Shown here: one piece after another, positions 17,984 to 25,898 of the stretch
Layout: each line of letters starts with the position of its first letter
How positions within the stretch are numbered: position 1 is the stretch's first letter
Assembly (NCBI GenBank): GCA_049606355.1
Contig: JBMYVL010000003.1
Location: 120,001 to 152,000, forward strand
Direction of reading: 5' to 3'
DNA from: Opitutales bacterium
GTDB lineage: Bacteria; Verrucomicrobiota; Verrucomicrobiia; Opitutales; Coraliomargaritaceae
Length of the DNA: 32,000 nucleotides
The notes under the pieces: generated by a model
Told to the model about the DNA's origin: nothing
The model's database searches: none
What the model saw: the letters and a program-made list of their open reading frames with translations, nothing else
Position numbers and translations under genes: made by a program

Positions 17984-20086
17984 ATGCATCCAGGACTCAC
18001 AACATGGCTCACCGCCCTACTCGCCCTATGCTGGCTTGGTTGCGCGAAGCCGGCTGATGACTCTTACACGGCGACTCCAAAGCCTGCGGGAATCAAACCG
18101 GGCGAATATCGCATCACGCATCATCCACAGCGGCTCGCCGCCACCGGCCCGGATGCGTGCGTGCAATGCCATGAAGATGCCGTCAACGATTGGAAGCGGA
18201 GTCACCATGCGCATGCCAATCGATTGGTTTCAGTCGAATTGGATGCCAAAGCCTTTACGCCGACGCGCCGCATTCAAGAATCCGGGGTAACGTATGAAAT
18301 GGCACTGGAGGGTGAGCGCTTCGTGATGCGGGTCATTGCAGCCGATGGCACTCACACAGAACATGAATTGATCGGCGCGATCGGCTCTACTCCGCTGCGG
18401 CAGTACCTCGCCAAAGCCCCTGGCGGAAAATTTCAAACGATCAGCGCGACTTACGATGTCGCCGCGGACCGCTGGCTGGATGTTTACGAGGGTGAAGATC
18501 GCTTCCCCGGAGAATGGGGCCACTGGCAAGGTCAGGGCATGAACTGGAACGCCAATTGCGCCTATTGCCATACGACTGAATTCAAAAAGAATTTCGATTT
18601 TGAATCCGACAGCTACCATACGACTTGGACGCAACACAACATCGCCTGTGCGGAGTGCCACAGTGGTCTCGAAGCGCATGTCAAAGCAGCGCAGGCAGGC
18701 ACTTACCACGAAGGGCTCCCGCAGCTCAGTACCGTGCAAACAATTGAGAACTGTGCCACCTGTCACGCCCGCCGCGACCAACTCACTGCCGATGCCTTTG
18801 AGGTTGGGGACGCCTTCGACGACCACTTCGCCCTCGCCTTGCCCGATCAACCCGGCCTGTACTTCCCTGATGGCAAAATACGCGATGAAGTTTACGTGTA
18901 TGGCTCCTTCAAATTGAGCAGCATGGCTCATGCGGGCGTGTCGTGCATGGATTGCCACAATCCACACACAATGGAGACTATTCTACCGACTGATAATAAT
19001 TTGCTCTGCATGCGCTGCCACGAGTCAGGCCTCGACGGCGCCCCGGTGATTCAACCCACACAACACAGTTTTCACCCCGCAGGTAGTACGGGGAACCGCT
19101 GCGTCGAATGCCACATGCCCAAGCGGACTTACATGCAAGTGGACCCCAGAGCCGATCACGGCTTCCACTCACCGGATCCATTGCTAACAAAAGAACTCGG
19201 AATCCCCAATGCCTGTAGCGACTGCCACACCGATCAAGATCTTGATTGGGCGATCGACTGGTCCGAACGTTGGTATGGCGACAAACTTGCCCAACACCCC
19301 CAGCGCACGCGTGCCCGCGTGATTGCCGCCGCCTATGCTTATCAGCCTGAAGCGATGCAGGGCCTACTCGATTTAGCCAAAGACGAGCGCATCCCTGCTT
19401 GGCAGGCGACCTACATCGGTCTTCTCGGCAATTATATCCCGCACGAAGCCGTCAAGGCACACTGCCAATCGATGTTAAGCAGCGACGACCCAATGGTACG
19501 GGGTCGCGCGACCGAAGTGCTGGGGCGTTTTCCTGACGGCAGCCAGCAGGTACTCGACTCCCTTAAAGATGACATGCGCTCGGTGCGGCTGGCCGCGGCG
19601 CGCAGCTTGGCCAGCAGCAACCGCCCCATTCCGGATGCAAGTGTCGCCAAAGAATTCACAGACTATTTGCGGTTCAACGCGGATCGCCCGCAAAGTCTAC
19701 TAATGTTAGCCCTACAGGCGACACGCGACAACGATACCGGGGCTGTAGAGACGTATGTGGCACGCGCGATCGCGCTCGACCGCGCCAATGGCAACGCCTA
19801 CCAGCAAGGGGCCATCCTACTGAGTACCGCAGGGCTAAATGGCGCCGCTGAACGCACGCTCAAAGACGGCTGGGCGATCGCTCCACAGGACCCACAATTC
19901 CCCTACTCGCTAGGTCTGCTCGCCGCTGAAATGGGTGATCTCGAACGGGCCGCAGCGTACCTCGAAGAGGCCGTCGCACAGGCACCGGATTTTTACCGTG
20001 CGTGGTACAATCTATCCCTTGCTTATTCGCAGCTCAATCGCCCACAAGACGCCGCGCGCGCGCAGCGTAAGGCGCAGGGGCAATAA
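17984..20086 (+). CDS. Octaheme c-type cytochrome (probable lipoprotein) fused to a C-terminal HEAT/TPR repeat domain
   Basis: A signal peptide with a Cys at residue 20 (LLALCWLGC|AKP). There are eight CxxCH motifs: CVQCH, CAYCH, CAECH, CATCH, CMDCH, CMRCH, CVECH and CSDCH, spanning aa 59-415. The C-terminal ~260 aa are helical repeats (DPMVRGRATEVLG, RSVRLAAARSLA; TPR-like AYLEEAVAQAPDFYRAWYNLSLAYSQLNRPQDA). Confidence 0.85.
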   Translation: MHPGLTTWLTALLALCWLGCAKPADDSYTATPKPAGIKPGEYRITHHPQRLAATGPDACVQCHEDAVNDWKRSHHAHANRLVSVELDAKAFTPTRRIQESGVTYEMALEGERFVMRVIAADGTHTEHELIGAIGSTPLRQYLAKAPGGKFQTISATYDVAADRWLDVYEGEDRFPGEWGHWQGQGMNWNANCAYCHTTEFKKNFDFESDSYHTTWTQHNIACAECHSGLEAHVKAAQAGTYHEGLPQLSTVQTIENCATCHARRDQLTADAFEVGDAFDDHFALALPDQPGLYFPDGKIRDEVYVYGSFKLSSMAHAGVSCMDCHNPHTMETILPTDNNLLCMRCHESGLDGAPVIQPTQHSFHPAGSTGNRCVECHMPKRTYMQVDPRADHGFHSPDPLLTKELGIPNACSDCHTDQDLDWAIDWSERWYGDKLAQHPQRTRARVIAAAYAYQPEAMQGLLDLAKDERIPAWQATYIGLLGNYIPHEAVKAHCQSMLSSDDPMVRGRATEVLGRFPDGSQQVLDSLKDDMRSVRLAAARSLASSNRPIPDASVAKEFTDYLRFNADRPQSLLMLALQATRDNDTGAVETYVARAIALDRANGNAYQQGAILLSTAGLNGAAERTLKDGWAIAPQDPQFPYSLGLLAAEMGDLERAAAYLEEAVAQAPDFYRAWYNLSLAYSQLNRPQDAARAQRKAQGQ

Positions 20087-20110
20087 CTTCGGCCCCTCGC
20101 TCACCGCGAC

Positions 20111-20944
20111 TTACAAGGGCTGCGCAGGAAACGCCACCCGCCGCGTCAACTGCTTTGCGTGCTCGCGCACCACATCCGCGGGATCAGAATAACCGCTGCC
20201 CGAAGCGCCATTTGCCAGCAGTTGCAACAACTCCAGGCCCCTATCAGAAATCACAGTCAAAACGATTTCGGCATAACTCAAAGCAACTCCATGCGCAGCT
20301 TGAGGTGCTTCCGCACCCCCATAGACAAAATCTCCATCAATCCTGCCGTCAGCATTTGTATCGTTGAGTGCAAACGTGTTGCCATCCCTCGCATAGATAA
20401 AAACGTTAAAGTCGATGATGTTGGCCGCTAGATAATTTGAGTCGGCGAGGATGGATGCATCGCTCCATTCGCCACCACTCAATTCACCCTGCTTTGACTG
20501 ACCCAGCAACTCATGGAAGGTTCGGTCCGGGTCTACCACTTTGCGATATAAAGCATATGTTTTCGGACCTTGTACATAGGAGGCTTTAAAGGCCAATCGA
20601 TAGCCAATCGCACAGATAGAACCGAGTCGATTCGAGGGGCGATCCAAAGTCGGAGCAAACAGCTTCAAGGCGACCGTCTGGCCCGAATAAACTCCCCCTA
20701 AATCAAGCGGCCCCTCGACACGCAACCACTGCAAGCCATCGGCGCGCACGACTGCAGTTTGAAGATCTTGAGTGAGTCGATCCATGGCAATGCGTGCTTC
20801 GGCATTGGCGGACAGTCGTCCTGAGGTGCGGTGCCACGCATTGAGGACATGCGATGTGATTTGAATCACCAAGCCAAACAAGATCAGCATAACGACCGTC
20901 GCCACCATGACCTCGATCAGGGTAAACGCGCGACGTGCCGTCAT
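20111..20944 (-). CDS. Prepilin-type N-terminal methylation-domain protein (minor pseudopilin, GspJ/PulJ-like size)
   Basis: The track start at 20986 is TTG. The ATG at 20944 is preceded by AGGAGG (20950-20955) with a 5-nt spacer. The N-terminus is MTARRA|FTLIEVMVATVVMLILFGLV (Glu at +5). 277 aa. Confidence 0.75.
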   Translation of the reverse strand: MTARRAFTLIEVMVATVVMLILFGLVIQITSHVLNAWHRTSGRLSANAEARIAMDRLTQDLQTAVVRADGLQWLRVEGPLDLGGVYSGQTVALKLFAPTLDRPSNRLGSICAIGYRLAFKASYVQGPKTYALYRKVVDPDRTFHELLGQSKQGELSGGEWSDASILADSNYLAANIIDFNVFIYARDGNTFALNDTNADGRIDGDFVYGGAEAPQAAHGVALSYAEIVLTVISDRGLELLQLLANGASGSGYSDPADVVREHAKQLTRRVAFPAQPL

Positions 20945-20982
20945 TCCAACCTCCTGAAATTGCATACTCGAAGTCTTTTCGA

Positions 20983-21636
20983 TCAACGCACCAGTGCAGT
21001 GTTGTAGGTGAACAATGGCTCCGCCTCGGCAAAGGCAGCTAAGGGCGTGTCGGGAGTAAACGTCGGACCGGGATCTTCCGCAAAAATTCGCACCTCGATG
21101 GCGAAGTAGGATTCCGGGTAATCCGCCAAAACACCCGTCAGTCGAAAAATACCGCTAGCGTCGCGCTCGGGACTGCGAACCGAGACCGGCAGCACCGAAG
21201 ACGGTGACAGCAGTACTCGATAAATCGGCCCGACCGCATTCGTGAAATCAGCCGCCTGCAAGTTCGCACCATCCCCGACGTCTTCCCCATAAAAACCAAC
21301 CTTTAGCTGCATGTCCGTCGAATTGGGCGCACGATAGGCGTTGAAGACAAAAATCGTAGCAAAGTCACTGCTCGCTACCGTCTCAAAAATCACATCGAAC
21401 CGATTCGCAGGAGGCGCAATGTCGGACGACTGCTGCAGAAATGCATTTAAGGTAGATACAACCGCGACAATTCCATCCCGCCGCTCAATCGTAGCGACCC
21501 ACTTGAGCGTAGGACCCAGCAAACCGATCATGGCTAGCACCGAGATGAAAATTATACCGACTGCCAAAAGGACCTCGATCATGCTAAAACCTCGCCGCAG
21601 AGAGAGCGTAGATAAATGACGCAGCTTCCTACCCAT
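20983..21636 (-). CDS. Prepilin-type N-terminal methylation-domain protein (minor pseudopilin candidate)
   Basis: N-terminus MGRKLRHLSTLSLRRG|FSMIEVLLAVGIIFISVLAMIGL. The ATG at 21636 overlaps the upstream stop by 8 nt (ATGGGTAG). An alternative ATG lies at 21657. Confidence 0.7.
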   Translation of the reverse strand: MGRKLRHLSTLSLRRGFSMIEVLLAVGIIFISVLAMIGLLGPTLKWVATIERRDGIVAVVSTLNAFLQQSSDIAPPANRFDVIFETVASSDFATIFVFNAYRAPNSTDMQLKVGFYGEDVGDGANLQAADFTNAVGPIYRVLLSPSSVLPVSVRSPERDASGIFRLTGVLADYPESYFAIEVRIFAEDPGPTFTPDTPLAAFAEAEPLFTYNTALVR

Positions 21637-22291
21637 CACCGATACAATTGGGCTCATTCACTTTGGTGGTGCCCACTCGCCGCAGGATCAGTGCGGCTTT
21701 CAAGCCCTGCAATGGTTCAGGAGTCCAATCGACCTCCAGCTTTCCTGTAGAATCCGGCCGGAGCGCCCCGGCCCGCAAAACCAGCCACGCATTATGAAAA
21801 TCCGCAGCGGTCGTCCCATCGCTCTCAAATTCATAATGATAGTATTCTGCGCCATCGCCAAGGCTTCGCGATTGCAGGCACGGATACTCGATTTGTGTCG
21901 TCGCTGCGACCCATCCGTTACTTTCACTCAACTGCGGATCAAAATAGATACCCTTCGGCAAATAAGTGCCCGGCGTCGCGGCGAACCAGTGGTTGGTTGT
22001 TTCACCGTCTTCGTGAATAATACCCAAATAGCGCAGCTTCTTATCCGCATCGAGATTCCGGCTTGAGTCTGAGTAAATAATCAGGCGCGACTTTACCCCC
22101 TTTAAGAGGGCTTGCCCGCGCGCACCCTGCACCATACCGGAAACAATCCGCTGGGAGGCTGTCAGCGCCATGCCCAAACCGCTACTTGAATGAAAGCGCA
22201 TCAGCGACGACGCAACTAGAAGAATACCAAGTACCACCAGTAACTCTATCAAAGTAAAGCCAGGGCGCTGCAGCCTTCTTCTTTTAATCAT
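21629..22291 (-). CDS. Prepilin-type N-terminal methylation-domain protein (minor pseudopilin candidate, GspH-like position)
   Basis: N-terminus MIKRRRLQRPG|FTLIELLVVLGILLVASS. The ATG at 22291 overlaps the upstream stop by 8 nt (ATGATTAA). The upstream ATG at 22336 would add an implausible 15-aa extension. Confidence 0.7.
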   Translation of the reverse strand: MIKRRRLQRPGFTLIELLVVLGILLVASSLMRFHSSSGLGMALTASQRIVSGMVQGARGQALLKGVKSRLIIYSDSSRNLDADKKLRYLGIIHEDGETTNHWFAATPGTYLPKGIYFDPQLSESNGWVAATTQIEYPCLQSRSLGDGAEYYHYEFESDGTTAADFHNAWLVLRAGALRPDSTGKLEVDWTPEPLQGLKAALILRRVGTTKVNEPNCIGDG

Positions 22292-22868
22292 ACAAATAAT
22301 AGCGAGGACAGCCCTTCCTTGGATCGGCTGCGACATAGGCGGTCACCGCGGCTCTCAACTCCTGCTGAGCAGTTTCAGAGCCAAAGGGAACAGGAACCGT
22401 GACGATGCCATCCCCGTCACCATCTATAACGATAAAAATAGCAGTATTATTGAAACGGTCTGCAATCTGCGTCGGATCGATCTCGCCATTGGGATTCAAA
22501 TAAAATTCGTGCGCAGCAAACGAGTGAAAGGCTATGCTGCGGCGATTGCCGCCCATACTCGTTGGCTTGCCGCTCGTCGCATCCCGACCGGATAAGGTTT
22601 CGATGAAGTCATTCGACAATGTATTAATGTTTACACCGGAATTCATCTGCGCATCTGCAAATGGATAATACCCGTACTCCCCCTTGAACAGTTGGATGGC
22701 CTGCACGTATTGCATCAGCTGACTTTTGGAAGCCGCGATATTTGCCTGCTGCTTCATTGTGCCCACCAGCGGAAGCAGGGTGCTCGCTAACAGGCCGATG
22801 ATGGCGAGGACCATGAGTAATTCAATTAGCGTCAGCGCGCGTTTTCGACTGGCATGCAATGTCACCAT
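22284..22868 (-). CDS. Prepilin-type N-terminal methylation-domain protein (pseudopilin, second gene of the cassette)
   Basis: N-terminus MVTLHASRKRA|LTLIELLMVLAIIGLLAS. The ATG at 22866-22868 overlaps the upstream stop (AATGGTGA). It contains a DGDGDG motif at aa 149-154. Confidence 0.7.
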   Translation of the reverse strand: MVTLHASRKRALTLIELLMVLAIIGLLASTLLPLVGTMKQQANIAASKSQLMQYVQAIQLFKGEYGYYPFADAQMNSGVNINTLSNDFIETLSGRDATSGKPTSMGGNRRSIAFHSFAAHEFYLNPNGEIDPTQIADRFNNTAIFIVIDGDGDGIVTVPVPFGSETAQQELRAAVTAYVAADPRKGCPRYYLYD

Positions 22869-23500
22869 TCTGAGTAGATATTATCCCGATTCTTGCTCGC
22901 GTCGCGAACTGCATCCGTCAACCGACCCCCTGCATCCACTTCAACACAGGCGCCATCGGGCCCCTGCGAATAGAGAACGTATCCAAAATTATCCCACGTG
23001 CATCCAGCATTCGATTTGTTGTAGGCATACACGTAGGCGTTGCCCCAGGGATCGACTAGATAAGTATTACTGTGTGGAGTATCCGCGCTTGGCAGCATCG
23101 TTTGAAAATTCAAATGCATCGGATCGATGAAACGCTCTCCTGGCTTGGTTAAGTCCAACATTACAAGCATTCCGCTGCTATTTTTTTCTAATGCCATCCA
23201 TCCCCACAGCGAATGAAACAACTTCGTCGCATTTAGATTTATAGGATTCTTACTCGGCTGCGTGCTCTTTGTGGATGAAATCCAGGGATAATCACCATAA
23301 CGGACTTTGAACTGCTCCAGCCCTTCGGCGATCAAGACTAGCTCGGCTTGAGCCTGCGCACGGGCTTGGGCATTCCGCACTCCGGGCAATACTCCAACCG
23401 TGAGCCCCCCGAGTATCAGTACAATTGAAAGTACGACCAACAGCTCAATCAGGGTAAACGCTGGGCGACGGCTTGCTACATCGGACAGAGCATTCAACAT
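22862..23500 (-). CDS. GspG-like major pseudopilin candidate (type II secretion / type IV pilin-like)
   Basis: N-terminus MLNALSDVASRRPA|FTLIELLVVLSIVLILGGL. It has the GspG-type core motifs LEQFKVRYGDYP, DPWGNAYVYAY and YVLYSQGPDG. ATG at 23498-23500, with GGAG 9 nt upstream. Confidence 0.8.
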   Translation of the reverse strand: MLNALSDVASRRPAFTLIELLVVLSIVLILGGLTVGVLPGVRNAQARAQAQAELVLIAEGLEQFKVRYGDYPWISSTKSTQPSKNPINLNATKLFHSLWGWMALEKNSSGMLVMLDLTKPGERFIDPMHLNFQTMLPSADTPHSNTYLVDPWGNAYVYAYNKSNAGCTWDNFGYVLYSQGPDGACVEVDAGGRLTDAVRDASKNRDNIYSEW

Positions 23501-23703
23501 TCACCTATACTCCGGTTAATAAACACACAGTGTGACATTTGCTGAGCCACCACTCCAACCGACTACCGTCGTGCGGTCGATCCTTTCACCCTGCGTCAGC
23601 ATACTTTTCGCAGAATCTTAAAAGCCGCACGTGACAAAAGCGTGCTTCTGACTCGACCCCGCCGCTTGAAAAGTTATGGCTTCTCGTTTGATATATATAA
23701 CCG

Positions 23704-23943
23704 ATGGCTAAAAAAACCACAGATTTACCGTTCGAAGCGGCTCTGGAGCGCCTTGAAAGCTTAATTGAGTCGATGGAAAGCGGCGACACCCCGTTAGCAG
23801 ACCTCGTCGCAAAGTTCGAAGAAGGCTCGAAACTGCTCAAGCAGTGCCAGTCGAAGCTAAAAGACGCGGAACTGAAGATTGAGCAACTCGATGTCGAGAG
23901 CGGTGCCACCGAAGCGTTTAGTGACGCGCCGAGCGAAGACTAA
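23704..23943 (+). CDS. xseB: Exodeoxyribonuclease VII small subunit
   Basis: 79 aa. FEAALERLESLIESMESGDTPLADLVAKFEEGSKLLKQCQSKL is the typical XseB helical hairpin signature. It lies upstream of dxs, as in many bacteria. Confidence 0.85.
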   Translation: MAKKTTDLPFEAALERLESLIESMESGDTPLADLVAKFEEGSKLLKQCQSKLKDAELKIEQLDVESGATEAFSDAPSED

Positions 23944-23975
23944 GCGTACTCACTCGCCACCCAACCAATCTTTGT

Positions 23976-25895
23976 ATGGCTTTACTTGAACGGATTCAGT
24001 CCCCAGCGGACGTGAAGCAACTCGCTCCCGAGCAACTCCCGCAACTGGCGGAGGAAATTCGGCAAACCATTATTGAAACCACGGCGCGTAATGGCGGTCA
24101 TGTGGGGCCCAATCTCGGCGTCGTCGAGCTCACCATCGCCCTGCACCGAATCTTCACGACACCGAAAGATCGCTTTGTTTTCGACGTCGCCCACCAAGGA
24201 TACGTGCACAAGTTGCTGACCGGGCGCAACGGCGCCGCGTTTGACAAACTCCGATCCAGCGAAGGCCTCAGCGGGTTCCTGAGCCGCGACGAGAGCGAAC
24301 ACGATGCCTTCGGCGCAGGCCATGCAGGCACAGCGCTCTCTGCCGCCCTCGGCATGGCCGCCGCACGCGACCAACGCGGCTCGGATGAGCATGTCATCGC
24401 GCTGTGCGGCGATGCTGCCTTCACCTGTGGCATTACGATGGAAGCGCTGAACAATGTAAACAGTGCGACTCAGCGACTGATTATCATTCTAAATGACAAT
24501 AAGTGGTCGATTGCCAAAAATGTTGGTGCGCTCTCGCGCTACTTCAACGAACTACTGACCAGCCCGGTATATAACCGCCTCAATGACGACTTTGAAGCCT
24601 TCTTAAAGAAGGTGCCCGGCGGTGAATCGCTCATCAATTTCGGCGCCAAATGGAAGCGCGAGACGAAGGACTTCTTCGTTTCCTCCTCACTGTTTGAAAA
24701 GTATGGTGTGCGTTACATTGGCCCGATCGATGGGCACGACCCAAAGCAATTGGAGCACTATCTTGAATTTGCCAAAAACGCCGAACAACCGGTACTCCTA
24801 CACGTGCTCACTACCAAGGGCAAAGGTTACGACGTCGCCATCGAAAACCCCGAGCGTTTTCACGGTGCCAGCCCCTACGATATAACTACGGGCAAAAGCG
24901 TACCGGCAGCGCAGCCGGATACACCGCCGAAGTACCAGGACGCCATGGGCAAGACCTTGGTCAAACTGGCGCGCGAAGACAGCTCCATCGTCGGCATTAC
25001 CGCAGCGATGCCTTCAGGCACTGGGCTCAACCATCTCGAGGCCGCACTCCCTCAACAATTCGTAGATGTCGGCATCGCCGAGGAGCATGCCGTGCTCTTT
25101 GCTGCAGGCATGGCCACTTCAGGCTACCACCCGGTGTGTGCGATCTACTCTACATTTTTGCAGCGTGCTTTTGATCAAGTGATTCATGATGTCGCGATCC
25201 AGCAACTGCCGGTGCTGTTCTGCATGGACCGTGCGGGACTATCACCAAACGATGGTGCGACTCACCATGGACTTTTCGATATCAGCTACCTGCGCCCCGT
25301 GCCGCACTGCCTACTGATGGCGCCGTGCAATGAAGATGAATTGGCAGACATGATGGCAACCGGGCTCGCCTATCAAGGCCCCGCGTTTATCCGTTACCCA
25401 CGCGGTACCGCAACGGGAACGGCAATGAAAGCGACTCCTCAAGCATTGCCCATCGGTCAAGCACAACGTCTGCAAGCCGCTGGTCAGGTCGACATCTGGG
25501 CGATCGGTACCATGGTCGCAGATGCCGAGCAGCTGGCCGCACAGCTCCTCGAACACGGTATTCAAGCAGGCGTGGTGAACGCACGCTTCGCCAAACCCCT
25601 AGATACCGAACGCCTAGTGCAATCAGCTCAAGCAACTAAGCTTATCGTCACCATGGAAGACCATGTGCTTAATGGCGGCTTCGGCACTGCCGTCATGGAA
25701 GCGCTGCAGGAAGAAAATGTCCTCGCGCCCGTCGAGCGTATCGGCTGGCCGGATACCTTTGTCGAGCATGGCAGCTCGGTGCGGCAGCTGCGCGAAGCCA
25801 ACGGGCTCGGTGCCGAACAGATCCTCGCACAAGTTTTGCAACGGATGCGCCGCCTAGCGATCGAACCGTCAATCGACTGCGTCCCTACTCAATAA
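23976..25895 (+). CDS. dxs: 1-deoxy-D-xylulose-5-phosphate synthase
   Basis: MALLERIQSPADVKQL, GGHVGPNLGVVELTIALH, VFDVAHQGYVHKLLTGR and a TPP-binding region (GDAAFTCGITMEALNN). 639 aa, full length. Confidence 0.95.
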   Translation: MALLERIQSPADVKQLAPEQLPQLAEEIRQTIIETTARNGGHVGPNLGVVELTIALHRIFTTPKDRFVFDVAHQGYVHKLLTGRNGAAFDKLRSSEGLSGFLSRDESEHDAFGAGHAGTALSAALGMAAARDQRGSDEHVIALCGDAAFTCGITMEALNNVNSATQRLIIILNDNKWSIAKNVGALSRYFNELLTSPVYNRLNDDFEAFLKKVPGGESLINFGAKWKRETKDFFVSSSLFEKYGVRYIGPIDGHDPKQLEHYLEFAKNAEQPVLLHVLTTKGKGYDVAIENPERFHGASPYDITTGKSVPAAQPDTPPKYQDAMGKTLVKLAREDSSIVGITAAMPSGTGLNHLEAALPQQFVDVGIAEEHAVLFAAGMATSGYHPVCAIYSTFLQRAFDQVIHDVAIQQLPVLFCMDRAGLSPNDGATHHGLFDISYLRPVPHCLLMAPCNEDELADMMATGLAYQGPAFIRYPRGTATGTAMKATPQALPIGQAQRLQAAGQVDIWAIGTMVADAEQLAAQLLEHGIQAGVVNARFAKPLDTERLVQSAQATKLIVTMEDHVLNGGFGTAVMEALQEENVLAPVERIGWPDTFVEHGSSVRQLREANGLGAEQILAQVLQRMRRLAIEPSIDCVPTQ

Positions 25896-25898
25896 GGA

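Noticed and set aside
18230-18967. 245-aa minus-strand ORF
   Set aside because: It is entirely antisense to the heme-motif region of the cytochrome gene, whose eight CxxCH motifs establish the plus frame. No motifs are present in the antisense product.
20076-20097. AGGGGC / GCCCCT hairpin spanning the cytochrome stop codon, a possible bidirectional terminator between the convergent genes
   Set aside because: The stem is only 6 bp with a 10-nt loop, and there is no flanking T- or A-tract. This is not sufficient to call a terminator.
23524-23534. Perfect palindrome CACAC-A-GTGTG 24-34 nt upstream of the pseudopilin operon ATG
   Set aside because: A 5+5 palindrome is not rare by chance in a 200-nt intergenic region, and no second copy or known operator match was seen.
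23586-23909. 107-aa minus-strand ORF
   Set aside because: It is antisense to xseB, whose plus-frame product is a textbook XseB. The antisense product is Ser-rich and low-complexity.
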